Part shown: positions 23,695-36,385 of the stretch, piece by piece | Position numbering within the stretch: position 1 is the first letter of the stretch | How the letters are laid out: each line of letters begins with the position of its first letter | Assembly: GCF_009834535.1 (NCBI RefSeq) | Contig: NC_045696.1 | Coordinates: 50,284,001-50,348,000, forward strand | Length of the DNA: 64,000 bases | From: Camelus ferus | Taxonomy: Eukaryota | Reading direction: 5' to 3' | Made by a program: the position numbers and the translations under genes | The notes under the pieces: generated by a model | The model's database searches: none | What the model saw: the letters and a program-made list of their open reading frames with translations, nothing else | Told to the model about the DNA's origin: nothing

Positions 23695-24720
23695 TATTTA
23701 TTCAATGACAGACATTATTCTAGTCACAAGGGATATAGAAATGAGCCCTCCCTGACCTCATGGAGCTTCTGTGCCAGTAACAGGAAACATGCAGAGAGGA
23801 GGGAATAGCTCAGTGGTAGAGCATGTACTTAGCATGCACAAGGCCCTGGGTTCAATCCCCAGCACCTCTGTTAAAATAAATAAATAAATAGATAGATAAG
23901 TAAATAAATAAACAAATCTAATTACCACCCCCCAAAATAAAGTGTTAAAAAAAAAGATTTGTAAGCAAAAAATAGGAAACATGCAATAAGAATATGAACA
24001 AATAAATATCCCGAGGCCCAGACATGCGCTTGGGAGAGAGTTTTTAAAAGGGAAGAGAGTGAAAGGTGATGAAGGCGAGGAGGCCATTTTAGATAAGAGG
24101 CCAAGGGATAATGAATCTAAGTGAAGCCAGGGGAGCAAGTCACTCAAGGACTGGGGGAGGGAAAGAACATTCTAAATAAGAGGGAGCCGCAAGTACATAG
24201 GCATTGAAGCAGAGACTGTGAAAGACTAAGCAAGGATGTGTCAACACCTGATACATGGTTTCAAGTGGGTGATCCATGGAGGACAGAGTGCAGGGGCCAG
24301 CCTGGCAGCAGGAAGACCAGTTAGGAAGCTATTGTTCTAGTATGAGCAAAAGGTGTGCTAGATTGAATTGGGGTGCCAGGGGCCGTGTTAGTGAAGAGAA
24401 GTCATCCTCTTTGGTATATATTTTGAAGATAGAGCCGATAGTTTCGGGGCAGAGAGAATCAAATGTTTTGTTTGAAATTTCCATTTGATATTCTGGCACA
24501 GAGGTTGAGCAGACTGCTGGTACACGAGTCTGACCTTCAAGGAGGGCTGGGCAGGGATTATAAACTTGGAAGGCTATTTAAAGCACAAGGCTGGGAGAAA
24601 TCACTTAAGGAGTGAGTATAGGTGGAGATGAAGAGTTCTCTGGCCTGGCACAAAATATTTAGAAGACGAGAAGGAGGTAACGGACAGGGAGGAGCGGCAG
24701 CTGGTGGTGAGAGAAAGGCA
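23695..24720 (-). mobile_element. L2 fragment interrupted by a SINE
   Basis: cattcattcagcaaatatttattc...ctgacctcatggagctt; gcaggaagaccagttaggaagctattg; tatattttgaagatagagcc. Confidence 0.65.
23794..23973 (+). mobile_element. tRNA-derived SINE, long form, with 12-bp TSD
   Basis: gggaatagctcagtggtagag...gggttcaatccccag; TSD aggaaacatgca at 23782-23793 and 23974-23985. Confidence 0.92.
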
Positions 24721-25339
24721 GGAGCAGGTGATGGTTTTTTCTCACCTACAGCTTAAACCATGTCACCTCTGGCCCTTTCTCCAGAGGTCCTTAGTCCATG
24801 TGTCCACATTCAGTTCATTCTTCAATGTCCAGGCCCTATACTATCTCTTCCACAGGATTTTCCCAGAAACTCCTTTCTCTGAGAAACCACTCTCCTTTCT
24901 CTGAGAAGGTGTTGTGTAGAGCATCACTCTTCTGATCTTTTTATAATTCAGATAGGGGATCTGTCCTTTCAAGCAGATCTTTAATCTTCTGGAACATGGA
25001 ATAGCCTTACATTTATTTTACGTCCTTCCTAGCACCTTACATACAGTTAAGGAACAAAAATTGTAACTCTGTACCAATCAAATGCAGTTAAGAAGAGCAG
25101 TGGCAAAGCCCCAGAACACAACCCAGCTATAACATACCACTTTAAAGAGGAAAGAAAAGAAAAAAAATTGCACAGTTAATGAACCAGAGAGTCTCTATCT
25201 CTATTTATTAAATAATAATAGTAGAAACAGAAGACATGGCACTATAAGCCATCAAAATTCAACCTATACTTGCATTGAATTATGGAATTGTGAAATTGAG
25301 GTGAAACATTTTATGTAAAGTAATACAAATTTTCATTTT

Positions 25340-25570
25340 ATTTATTCATTCATTCATTCAAAAACTATTTATGGAGCACCTTGTAAGTGTTGGACATTAT
25401 TCCAGTGTTGGAAATACAGCAGCAGACAAAAGTCTCTACTCTCATAGAACTCACACTCTGTCAGTGAGAGATAAGTACTCTGAAGAAAAGCGATACAGGA
25501 AAAGTGATAGTGAATGAAGGAAGAAAGGTTCATTGAAGATGGGGTGATCAGACATGAACAGGGGCTAGCA
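25340..25570 (-). mobile_element. L2 3' fragment
   Basis: (ttca)n aaaactatttatggagcacc...gacaaaagtctctactctcatagaactcac. Confidence 0.6.
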
Positions 25571-26545
25571 CGTGGAAGTAGGTATATGCTGCATGTCAAG
25601 GAATCCTTGGCATATCTTCAACTTTGTCAGTTCTTCAACCTTTGAAGTTGGAGTTGAATTTTAGTTTTAGTTTAAAGTCTCTGGGAGCTAAGTCTATTGA
25701 ATGATGTAGATGATCAAATTGTGTAAGTTTGTTTAAGGTCAAAATAATAAATCACTATAAAGTAATACATTTCCTGCATGGTTCATTAACTGGCTTTGGA
25801 GGAAACATGGAAAAGGAATTTTACAAGTGCTCTGAGTGTCTGGTATAGAATAATTATATGCTTCAATGAATGAATAATTGAAATATTACTATATATATTC
25901 TCGCAAGATGACTGCTTTGAAGTCAATGATATTATTTTGAACTCTGCTGTTTCTTTTTAAGAAAACAAGCACATTCATTTGTGATCACATCTCAAAAATC
26001 TGTTTAAAAACTATATTGTTGTAACTTAAATGTTTGTAACCAAAGACTATTGGAAAAATTTCAGAATGAAGATCAAATATAATGTGGTCTTCAAAGTGAG
26101 TTAAAAAGTTCAAAGTAGAATTCGTTCTGAATATGTTAACAGGTAACACCCCAAAGTTTTAAATACTATTTTTACTTAAAAGTTAAGTGTGGAAAGTAAA
26201 AGCATGTGGTCTTTTTACAGGTAATTTGTGATGGTGGATTTTGGCAGAAGCTTTAGCATTAAATATTGGGAAAATCCAGAGTCAGTACAAATAAATATTA
26301 GTGAGTAACTGGATCAAAATGAGAGGAACAACTCAGATTGAAAAAAAATTCCTTATTAGAGAACAGTTTGCATGTTTGAAATTTTCACTTGTTCATTGGA
26401 TAAAATTTGTTTTGCCTCTGAGAAAGCCACACAAAATTTGCAACCAGAACTTAGACTGGAATCCCAGTTTTACTGCTCATTAGTTGTGTGACTTGTCAAC
26501 CTCCCTGAACTTCAGTTTCTTCATCTATAAAAATATGAATGGTTT

Positions 26546-26547
<2 letters not shown>

Positions 26548-26589
<42 letters not shown>

Positions 26590-26616
26590 TACATACATAC
26601 ATATATATACATATAC
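26548..26616. repeat. (CA)n/(TACA)n compound microsatellite
   Basis: Directly visible. Confidence 0.95.
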
Positions 26617-26814
26617 AAACCGGATTAAATTTTTTTCTAAAAATGATTTTATTAAAGTGTTTCACAGTTTAAATAACAGCAAATTTACAGCTAACTACCG
26701 TAAACATCAGGAAGTCTGTCAGCTCAGAGAAATAAAATGTCCTGAAGTGTGGTAAACTTTTGGGTTGATTTGCTTCAAAATTTCTCAGTCTTTTTGGTTT
26801 GTCTGTTTCTTGAG

Positions 26815-27010
26815 GGAAAATGTACATAACACTCACCACTACAGTGATTTTAAGTGTGGGGTTTTGCTGCATCACCACTGCCCATCTCCCCAACTTTTTT
26901 ATCTTCCCAAATTGAAAATCTGTACCTATTTGGACAATAACTCTTTGTTTCTCCCCTTCTTCAGTCCCAGGTAACCACTATTTTACTTTCTGTCTCTATG
27001 AATCTGTGTC
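26815..27010 (-). mobile_element. L1MB-like 3' fragment
   Basis: catcaccactgcccatctcc...ttttatcttcccaaattgaaa...gtaaccactattttactttctgtctctatgaat. Confidence 0.65.
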
Positions 27011-27029
27011 TATGACTTGAGAATGGTTA

Positions 27030-27178
27030 TTTTTTGGCAGGGAGGGGTAATTAGGTTTGTTTGTTTATGTATGTATATATGTATGTATGTATGTATTTAA
27101 TGGAGATACTGGGGACTGAACCCAGGACCCTGTGCACGCTAAGCATGCACTCTACCACCTGAACTATACCCTCCCTCC
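27030..27178 (-). mobile_element. tRNA-derived SINE, long form
   Basis: ggggtaattaggttt...(tatg)n...tactggggactgaacccaggacc...aactataccctccc. Confidence 0.9.
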
Positions 27179-28999
27179 GATAATCATTATTTTTAATGTA
27201 TGAAATGTGCCTAATACTCAGCTAATGGTGGGAGAAGTGGTGTCTGCACAAGAGCAGTCACAAGCTTTGACTTCCAGCCTAAGGCAAAAGGCTGGTAAAA
27301 CAAGATGGGACGGAGCTAAAAGTCAGGCAGAGGTGCTAAGCACCAAACACAGAGAGGAATGATTAAGCATTGGAAGCAGATTCATCTATTACATATTTTG
27401 TGCCAATCTGTCATGAAATCCAAAGCCAGAGCAGTGTTTGCACTTCATGCCTCTTGTTGGCTCTCACCTCAAAGGCTGTAAATTGTCTTCCAGTCTGTCT
27501 CCTGGCCACCAGACTCATCCTTTCCAATCCATCCTCCAAATGATCGTCACTATAATTTTCTTTAAACATCAATGTTTCATTCCTGCTGTGAATCCCTCAA
27601 CAGTGAGCAGAGAACTTGAGAAAGAAAGCTCAAGGCTCCCCTGGCCTAAAAGTGAGATCGGAAAGTTAGGCACTGACCCTAGTGGTAACGATGGAAATCT
27701 GGCGAAGTTGAACCAGATTGAAAGGAAGAGTGAGACTGTTTGCCTGCAGTGTAGTATCTGAGTGGAGCCTGGCACCCCAAGACTTCCTTCTGCAAAGGAG
27801 GTTTTGAGCTCTAGCCAGCAGATGAGTATGATGCAGAAGACACTGAGGAGCAAGAAACGCACGTCCTTAAGGTCATGATCTTCAGGAGAAAACCATTTGA
27901 TTGTTTCAGTGTGAGCTGTGCAGAATTTACTGGAACTATAAAACTCCTAAAGACACAGGGCACATCGAATAGAGAATATCACCATGTACTAAGCAAAAGC
28001 AGAGCCCTAGAGCCTCTGTTTCCAATTAAAGCACAGTGAAATTGCATGATTTGGAAATCTAGGAGCAGTGATTTCATTAATTACAGGTCTTGACAACTTA
28101 GTTATAGAACATTTGCCTGAGTGTAAACTTGGAATAAGATGGAAGGAATTTGTTTTCACCACAATGGACCTAAATTAACCTAGTTATACTTAAAACTTAG
28201 AAAAAGAAAAAAAGCAGGAAGAAGATTGTGGTTTTAATTTCTTTTTTAGAAATAAAATAATTCATTATTTTTAAAAGTTATGACTAATTTTATTTTTAAT
28301 TTAATGTCTCAAAATAGATGGACATTATAACATGGCACATGTACACCTATTCATGGTCAGCTAGTATGTCTAAATTATCAAGATTTCTGTATAAGTGATT
28401 ATAGATAGAAATAGAGCATCAAACAATGTTTTAAATCTTTGAGTTACTTTAAGAGTTTTTTTAAAAAAACAAATATTTTATTATGTGTAAATGAGTAATA
28501 TTCAACCAGTTTATTGAAATGTTATAAGGACTTAGTGAGAGATTTAAAACTATTGTTTCATAGATATTCAGAGTGTGACAATCTGAAGCTTGAAAGAATC
28601 AATTTCTTCCTGTGTTTTCAACTGCAGTAGAGCCAGTTGAATGTTCACCCAGCTATTCAAACTCAATTTATCTCAATGAAAAAATAACCTGGTTGATTTT
28701 TGTTCTTCTCTTTTCTCCACTATGTTTTTTCAGCAGCCTGACAGCTGTACTTTCATGTGCTCAAATACTAGATATTAGATAACATTGCAGCTTACCAGAA
28801 GGAAAATGTCAATATCAGAGCTGTTCAAAGATGAAGAGAGATGCATGGGGAGGCTGTAAGCTTCCTGTTGGAGAAGGTGTTAGAGGTTCCTTAGCAGAGA
28901 ATTTAAGCATTGGCCAACTCAAATAAATGTTCACCCTTAAAAGAGTCTAGGAGTCTACTATGCTATTCTAGGAGTCTACTAGGTTACTATAATTGTTAT

Positions 29000-29510
29000 G
29001 TATGAATTGTTCACCTAAATAAAGAGGTAGACTGAGGCAACTCAAAAAAAATGGTTTATTTGGGAATAGCAGAGGAATTGCAATTGGGACAAGCAAATGA
29101 GTCTGTTGAGGGTTTGGAATAGGTTGTATTTATGGACAGGAAGCTTAGAGGGGAGAGTTCAGTTAGTGTCAGTTAAAATAAAAAGCAAATGGAGCCCAAC
29201 CTTGAAAACTTCCTGAGCAGACAAAAATCAATCTAGTCACACAAACAAAGCTCAATTCATCCCACTTTGTGAGACCAACCTGACTTGGGTCATCTCTTGT
29301 TCGTGCCTTTGGCAAAACTTCCCGGAGTTGATATGAAAAAAACTTCTGATCAATCCCCATCATCTGAGTAAATTCTGACACTACCAGTTTTCTGTAAATC
29401 AGGCGTTTACAGGAAATTCGTCTCTTAGTCCTTGCGTCTCATCTTCCAGAGGGCATGTGCATCAGATTGTCTTTATGTCCTCCAGCTCTGTTGCATTAAA
29501 CTCTTCCATA
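29000..29510 (-). mobile_element. Probable solo LTR, family not identified
   Basis: ggtttatttgggaatagcagaggaattgcaattggga (AATAAA on the minus strand) in an LTR-like layout. Confidence 0.35.
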
Positions 29511-31329
29511 GGTATCACTGGGGGTTCTTACCGTAAGTTTATCTCTACCCCAAGATTACACCTTAATAATTAATTATCAAGAAAGACTGCTTTGGACAGG
29601 CACAACTTCTACTTTACTAGAAGCCAGTTTGGTTCTTCCCAGTTACAGAGTAATGCCCCAGGACAGGGTTGGGTAACCAGGAAATCCTGGTACAAGGTGG
29701 ATACTTAGGTCTTCTCGTAATTGAGCTGGGAAGGCTTTGGAGCACATATCAGGTAAGACAGAACCCCAAATGTAGACTAGAACCCAAAGACCAGCCCAAA
29801 CAGCCTTTCAAGACCTTTCTGGCACCTCCGTTGCCCTTTGTAGAACACACAACCTCACATGCTGCCCATAAACACACTGGCTTTTGGGCCATGGCAGCGA
29901 GGTGAAACTTTTGAAGAATGGTCCTGAGGTAGAATTCTCCTCTACAGGAGTTTTTCACTTACTTGCTTCACATTGGGAGAAAAGGCTTAACCTCTGGCTC
30001 CCTCCCTTTATTACATAATCCATTCTTCACTGAGGGTCCAACCCTAGTTGTTGGTTGCTTATTTGATATAAAGAGAATTTTCAGTCCTGGACTTCAAATT
30101 CTTTAAAAGCTTATCTGAGTGGCTTAGTGTCACTCTCCTCTGTGTTGGTAAATTCATGCCAAATGTGTTTGTTTAATGTGATGACTTTTACATGATGTAA
30201 TAGGACAAAGTCTTCAGCTACCTGTTTTGCTCCTACTTAATTAGTTCCCCCTTGCCTTGGGAATAGGAAACCCAGTCCCACATTGTCCCCTGGCTCCAAA
30301 AAAACCCAGAGCGAGGGCTGAAAGCTCCTCTGTGGGACATACCAAGACAGTGTCTCACACTCTCTGGAGTTCATTGTGGAAATGTGACGGAGATTAGAAA
30401 TATGTAGACCCTTCTCTGTGTCTGTCTTCCAAACACTCTGTGAGGGCTGGCAAAAATGTTCTTATTCTCCAAATATTCACTGGCGTGAATTTGTGTAATA
30501 AAATTATGTTTGGGGTTTGTAGTTGGCTTTTTTTTTTTAAATGAACATCTGTTATTCTCTTTCAGTCAAAAGGCTCTAAACCCAGCTGGGCAGGGCAACT
30601 TGGCTTCCTCCACCACCTCTGCAGAGTCACAAATGGAGCCTGTCATCTGTCAGCTGCTTGCTGATTGGCTGACCAGCCACCACTCATGTCCCACAGCTGT
30701 TCTGGCCCTGAGAGTCTCCCGGGTGGGGAGGGAGGGGGTCAGGGTCAGCTTGTTCTGTGCACGTAGCCCATGGGACTTCCAAGAGCAGGGATATTTCATT
30801 AAACTGCTCTGATCAGCGGTTCCTGGATGCTGTGTATGTGACAGGCAGATGGCCTGTCTGGTCTGTACCTTTTGAAATGGTGAGTCATAGCTTGGTTTTT
30901 GGAGCCACTGTTTTTTCCTCCTGGTGTCTCTCTTCCTTATTTCTATGATATGAGATTATAGATAATGTGACCTGTGCTGAGGCAAATGAGAGATAAAGTT
31001 GCAAAGAGTGCTTTTCTTTGGTGAAAATAAAGAAAATTTTCAAAACAGAAACATACTCATTGGATCTATATTATGAGTTTCACGTTATTCAGAAAAGGAA
31101 GTTTCGTGTCTATATGCCTCTGTACCATCAAATACAAAAACGCTTCAAGTTCCCTAGACCACTCCAACTTTGATGGCTTCAGGACTAGATTTCAAGAGGA
31201 CCAAAAAATAAGACCTCAAAAGCTCTTTCCCCAAACCCTTCAGCAAAATCATACCAATAGTTGTAACCACCCATTTGACATGCAGTTGTAGAATGATTAC
31301 TCCTCACAGCTCCCAGTCCTGACTCACAG

Positions 31330-32160
31330 CTCCGGTCATGTTGCTGTCTTGCTCAAACTCCTTTCATGCCTTGCAGCTGTCAGAAATACAGATCACACTC
31401 TTTAGCTCGACATTCAAAGTCCTCTACGAGCTAATCTCAAACTGCTTGTCCAAATTCTCATGGCCAACTACTGCCATTAGTGCCTTCTGCAGTCTAGCCA
31501 AAATGCACATACACTGTTTCTTTGTTGCCCCTTGACGATCTCCCTCTTCTGTACTTTTGCTTGGTCTATTATCTGATCCCTTCAAGTCCAAATGCACCTG
31601 CTGCATAAAGTCTTCCCAAATGAGCCCATCTCTGCCTCCTCAAACACCCACTCTCTTTCCCTTCCCTCTCTCAAAGCACCTGTTAATGCTTTATGCCTGG
31701 AATCATGGCCCACAGTGCCCAGCTTCTCTGCCTCTCCTCGCAGGAGCAGAACTTGCATCCAGTTTATCTTTGTACTTTCCCTAGGACATTGCAATTAGTA
31801 TATGTTCATAAATTTTGTTACAAATATGGCACTAGACATTTGTTGAAAGCTTTATAATTTCCAAAGTGGATTCACATTCATGGATTCACTTAATTCTCAG
31901 AAGTTAAAGTAGAAGGCACAGGTGTTCTCTTTATTACAAATGAGGACAGAGGAAGGGGAATATTCATTTTTGGTCAGGATTAACTTTTTCTTATTAATCA
32001 AATTATTATTTGTGCCTTTCTTAATGCATGCCTCTTCTGCCATGTTTTAAGCTCCATGAGGATAGAACCATGTCTGCTTTTTCTCTGCTGTATTTCCAGT
32101 GCCTAGCACATTGCCAGACATAATGTAAAACCTCATTAAACATTGCTGAATGAATGAGTC
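31330..32160 (+). mobile_element. L2 fragments
   Basis: Pyrimidine-rich L2-like body and 3' end aagctccatgagga...ccagtgcctagcaca...tgctgaatgaatga. Confidence 0.55.
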
Positions 32161-34530
32161 AATATTATGAGACCAGCAGTGGGCCAAATGTTCTGTGTGA
32201 GCTATTTTAATCTCACAGCGGGTATCATCTCTATCGCACAGGCAGGGAAATGAAGTCCTCAAGGGCATTCGGTGCTAGTGTGTGTAGCTGGAATTGAAAC
32301 TCAGATCTCATGATCATAGTATGTGTTTTCCGTCAAAGCATCAGTGCCTGTAAGCTGTCTTTCGTTTGTTTTTTCACCCTTAATTGCTCTATAATTCTAT
32401 TTTAGAAAGAAATTTCAAGAGTTATTTTAACTGTAATCATCAGAGTTAGAAAATATGGGGTAGAGTATTACTCATAACTGCCAAATTCAACGGTATCACT
32501 GAGGGCAGATGGGGGTCTCCTGTTGGAAGGGAGGAAATAATTTTCTAGAGATTTCTTTACCTCTATAATTCCCTGCTTTTGATCTAAGAATGAGAAATAG
32601 TTAAATTCCCATCACAATTTATTTTGTCCTAAGTGATGCAGAGGAATATTCATACTTTCATTTTGATCATTGCCTTGAAGAGAGGAAATAAACATATACT
32701 GGGCAATCTCCTCATGCCAGGACTTTATTTAAGTGAACATCTGATGAAGTAAATATTATCTCCTGTATTTTACAAGGGAAGACAGTATTGCTTTTATTTC
32801 TAAGCACGGTTTATTTTGATACCTATTAAAATTTAAATGAAAACTTGAATTTATCATTGAATTATCCAAATTTTCTGCTTTCTCTTCATGTGAAATTTGG
32901 GTAAGATTTTCTTCTGATTTAACAACATTTTTTCATTTCTAAAGTCAAAAGGGGAAACTTTAAATTTGTATTTTGGGGTCCTCTTTCATAGTGTTTTAAA
33001 ACTGAGGTTAAATCACTGGGCTTGAAATTTTGTGTTTGGTTAACACAAGTATACAAAAATGGAGTTAAGTAATGTCTGATGATAATGATGATGATTTAAT
33101 ATATGTGTTTTCTTTTTATCGTAAATCTACATATTTCTTTAACTTCTCCTTCTCAACATACATTTGGACAGCCAAGTCTGAAACTACTTGCTTGGAAGAG
33201 TAGTATGTTTCAGTATGATTTCTAACAGGGAGTTCAGTTTATTCATATTTTACAAATCTATGCTAATCTGCTTTTACTACCCATCATCTAATTTGCATCT
33301 TTAATATTTAACATTTAATAAATATCTAATATTTAATATGTAATGTGTCTTTAGTCACAATGTGTTTTGCTCTATTTTTGTGCAGACTGCAATTATGAAA
33401 CTACTGGTAAGCAGTTAGTCGTCACAGAGTGTTTTGGATCAAAACAAGAATCTTTAAGGCCAAAGCTTCATTCTCTAATACCATTCCCATGAGCTTGCTT
33501 GGTTTCTACAGCATGTTCTTATCATTGTGATGTGGATTTAAAGAAAGCTTTTAAAAACATGGTAGAATAGCAACATCTAATCATTCCTGGATGGAACCAT
33601 TACTCTCAAAATGCAGTCCAAAACTGACATCACACAGATTCTTTTGTAGAAATTTCTGTTCCTGTGGCTACTCCTGCAGTGCAAAATATTTATGTGAACC
33701 CATATTTTTCAAGTGACTATTGAAACGATATCATCTCATGGCTTCTTACTACTGTCTTCATGGTCTCACTTCAAATTTGTTGCCCTTTTACAGCAAGGGC
33801 CCCCTTGAAATGTCAAATGTAAAAAAAACAGAAATATACCTTCTAAATAGTTTTCTAAATAATTGCATCAATTTAAAATAAATAGAAACAGAAGTTCCTT
33901 TTCTGAAGATAGGAAAGTAGTGTTTTCTTTGATGGGCCACTATGTGCACACATACACTCCAGGACTCCAGATCAGTTCTGCAGAGTCCCCAGGTCCAGAG
34001 AGATCAGCATCCTTCAAGAACCAAAGGCAAGAGAAGGGGTTCTTGCAAATGTCTCTAGAGCTCTGTCCATCACCTCTGCCACCTCTGCCTGTGTGTGATG
34101 AGCACTGTTTCCTTTCCTTCCCATAGTCCTTAGTCCTGACCTCTCAGGATTTAGAGCTGTCATCCACACTGGTTTTAACTGTCATTTGTTGGTCATCAGG
34201 TTCCACCTCATTCCTCTTTAGTTTTCTGGTTCTGGTCTTGGTGGAGCTCTGGCCTACTTCTTGTCCTTACTGCCCATCTGTAAACTCCCCTAGTCCCCTC
34301 CTCCCCCCTGGAATTTCCCACTATAATAACTACTTAAAGCTCTTTCCTGCTCTAAGCAGATATAACCCCAACTGGTTGATGCAGATGACTTTCACCCTTC
34401 AGGTTTTAGTAAGATTACCCAGTGAGTGCACAGTATAATGAATGGAGATAATGATTTTTGAGGGCATAGGTGCCTAACTGATGTCATAAGACAGCCTATA
34501 GTGCCTATAAACTCTCTCATCCTCTCTCTC

Positions 34531-34615
34531 TTTATTTTTTCCCTTAGTGAAAGTACTGGGGACTGAACCCAGGACCTCGTGCATGCTAAACATATGCTCT
34601 ACCACTATGCCCACC
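34531..34615 (-). mobile_element. tRNA-derived SINE, short form
   Basis: gtactggggactgaacccaggacctcgtgcatgctaaacatatgctctaccact. Confidence 0.85.
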
Positions 34616-35899
34616 TTTCCTGTCATTCTCTCTTATTCTCTGTATGCCTCCAGCTCTTTTTTGCTTTACTCTTCTGACATGGGAGTATGAATTAGAATAA
34701 GTGAAAGAGAAGAGATAAAACAACCACAAGAACAACACCAAGGGAACAATTCTGACCCCTTCAATTGATAAGGAATAAGCCAGAAAATCCATGAGGATCA
34801 GTTGAAAGGTATAAACAAATTTCATACAAACATTAATTTATGTAAATTAATTTTAACTCCTCTATTTAAAACTAAATTTGTGGGTTTTAAGAAACATCTT
34901 GCAAAGACCATGCACGAAGATCTGTCCCTTTCTTTGATCAGTTGGCCACATGGAAAACGTTGTGTAAAAACTACAAATGAGAGAAACACTTGAAAACAGC
35001 CTAGGATTGGGATTTCCTAGAACTCTCCATGTTCTCTACATCTCTTCCTGGCACAAAGATTTTTACGAGGGGATTGAAACAGGAAATACACATTGATTCA
35101 AGTGTATGTGGCCTCCATTATCAGGAATTCTAGAAATTTTGAGAATCATTAAGAAGGCCCATGGTGTTAAGATAATCCTAAAAATACTAAGAAGAGAAAT
35201 TAAGAAGTTAGCCACAATAAAGAAGTGGACTTAATATGTGTCAAATTAAAGATGGCAGACATTATAAATAGCTCACAAAATCCTTATAGAAGAATTTGAT
35301 ATACCAAGATGACTTTTCCAAAATTTGGAATTTGACTAAAAGAAGTACTATTTTTTAAAATGAGGTCAGAACATCCATATAAAGAGATAACTGGTCAATT
35401 ATCAAGTAGCTGGAATTTCACAGTGCCTTAATATCTAGAAATTTGGAAATATTGGGGTAGTTGGTGGTATGGGCTTGATAATTTCATTTCTTTTTAAAAA
35501 AATATTAATTCACACTTTGAGTAGCACTGCTTAGAATTCGAGCCATCTGAGTATGTGTTGTAAATCTGAATGTATTTGAGTTTAACCAGTTTCTATGGCT
35601 GTTAATAACACAATGAAGGAGCAGAATCATTAATACACAAAATGTTTGGAAGAATCATTGGCCTTTGGATTGGAGCAAAGGTTTGAATTGCATTGGAAAC
35701 AACCCACTTTCATGGAAGTCTAGCCTTCTGGAATTTGGTTTCTGGACAAAAAACTCAAAATTCTCTGGGAAATGGAACAAAAGGAATTAGATTCCATAGT
35801 ACAAAAGGATCCTAATTACATAATTGAGATGAGCTTTTCTGTTTTTATAAAATATGAAATAATTAAAGGGAGGAATGAGAGGTATGACAGAAACTGGTA

Positions 35900-36385
35900 C
35901 CTGTCTTTTAACATTCAGTTTCTCCTTCTTTAGTAATAAGAAACCCATATTTTAGCTTGGAAGTGGCTACACACACACACACACACTCAATCTCCCTTTA
36001 AGTTAGAGCTAACTATATGACTAATTTTATCCCATATAATATAAATGGAAGTACTGTGTGACATTTTAGGAGTTTTTCTTAAAGATCAAAAAACCCTCCT
36101 TTATCCTTCCTCTATCCTGCTGATGTGATGGTTGGAGCTCCAGCAGCTGTCTTGAAGCATGAGCACAAGGACTACCCCTTAAGCATACTGGAGAAGAACC
36201 TCAGAGAAAGACTGGTTCCCTGATGACTTTGAGGTTGCTATCATTCTGGATTTAATATCTCTGAAGTTATTTTACATGAGAGAGAATGACACTTCTATCT
36301 TTTTTAAGGCAATTTTATGTGTGGCAGAAGGAGGGGGAAAAAGTGGTCCATATTATTCTCAGATGAACCTAATCCTAATTAATAT
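35900..36385 (+). mobile_element. MLT1 (J/K-like) solo LTR
   Basis: ccttctttagtaataagaaaccc...gatgtgatggttggagctccagcagc...aacctaatcctaattaatata. Confidence 0.6.

Noticed and set aside
33080..33185. Box C-like ATGATGA and box D CTGA about 95 nt apart
   Set aside because: No terminal stem, not in an evident intron, and it arises from a (GAT)n run.
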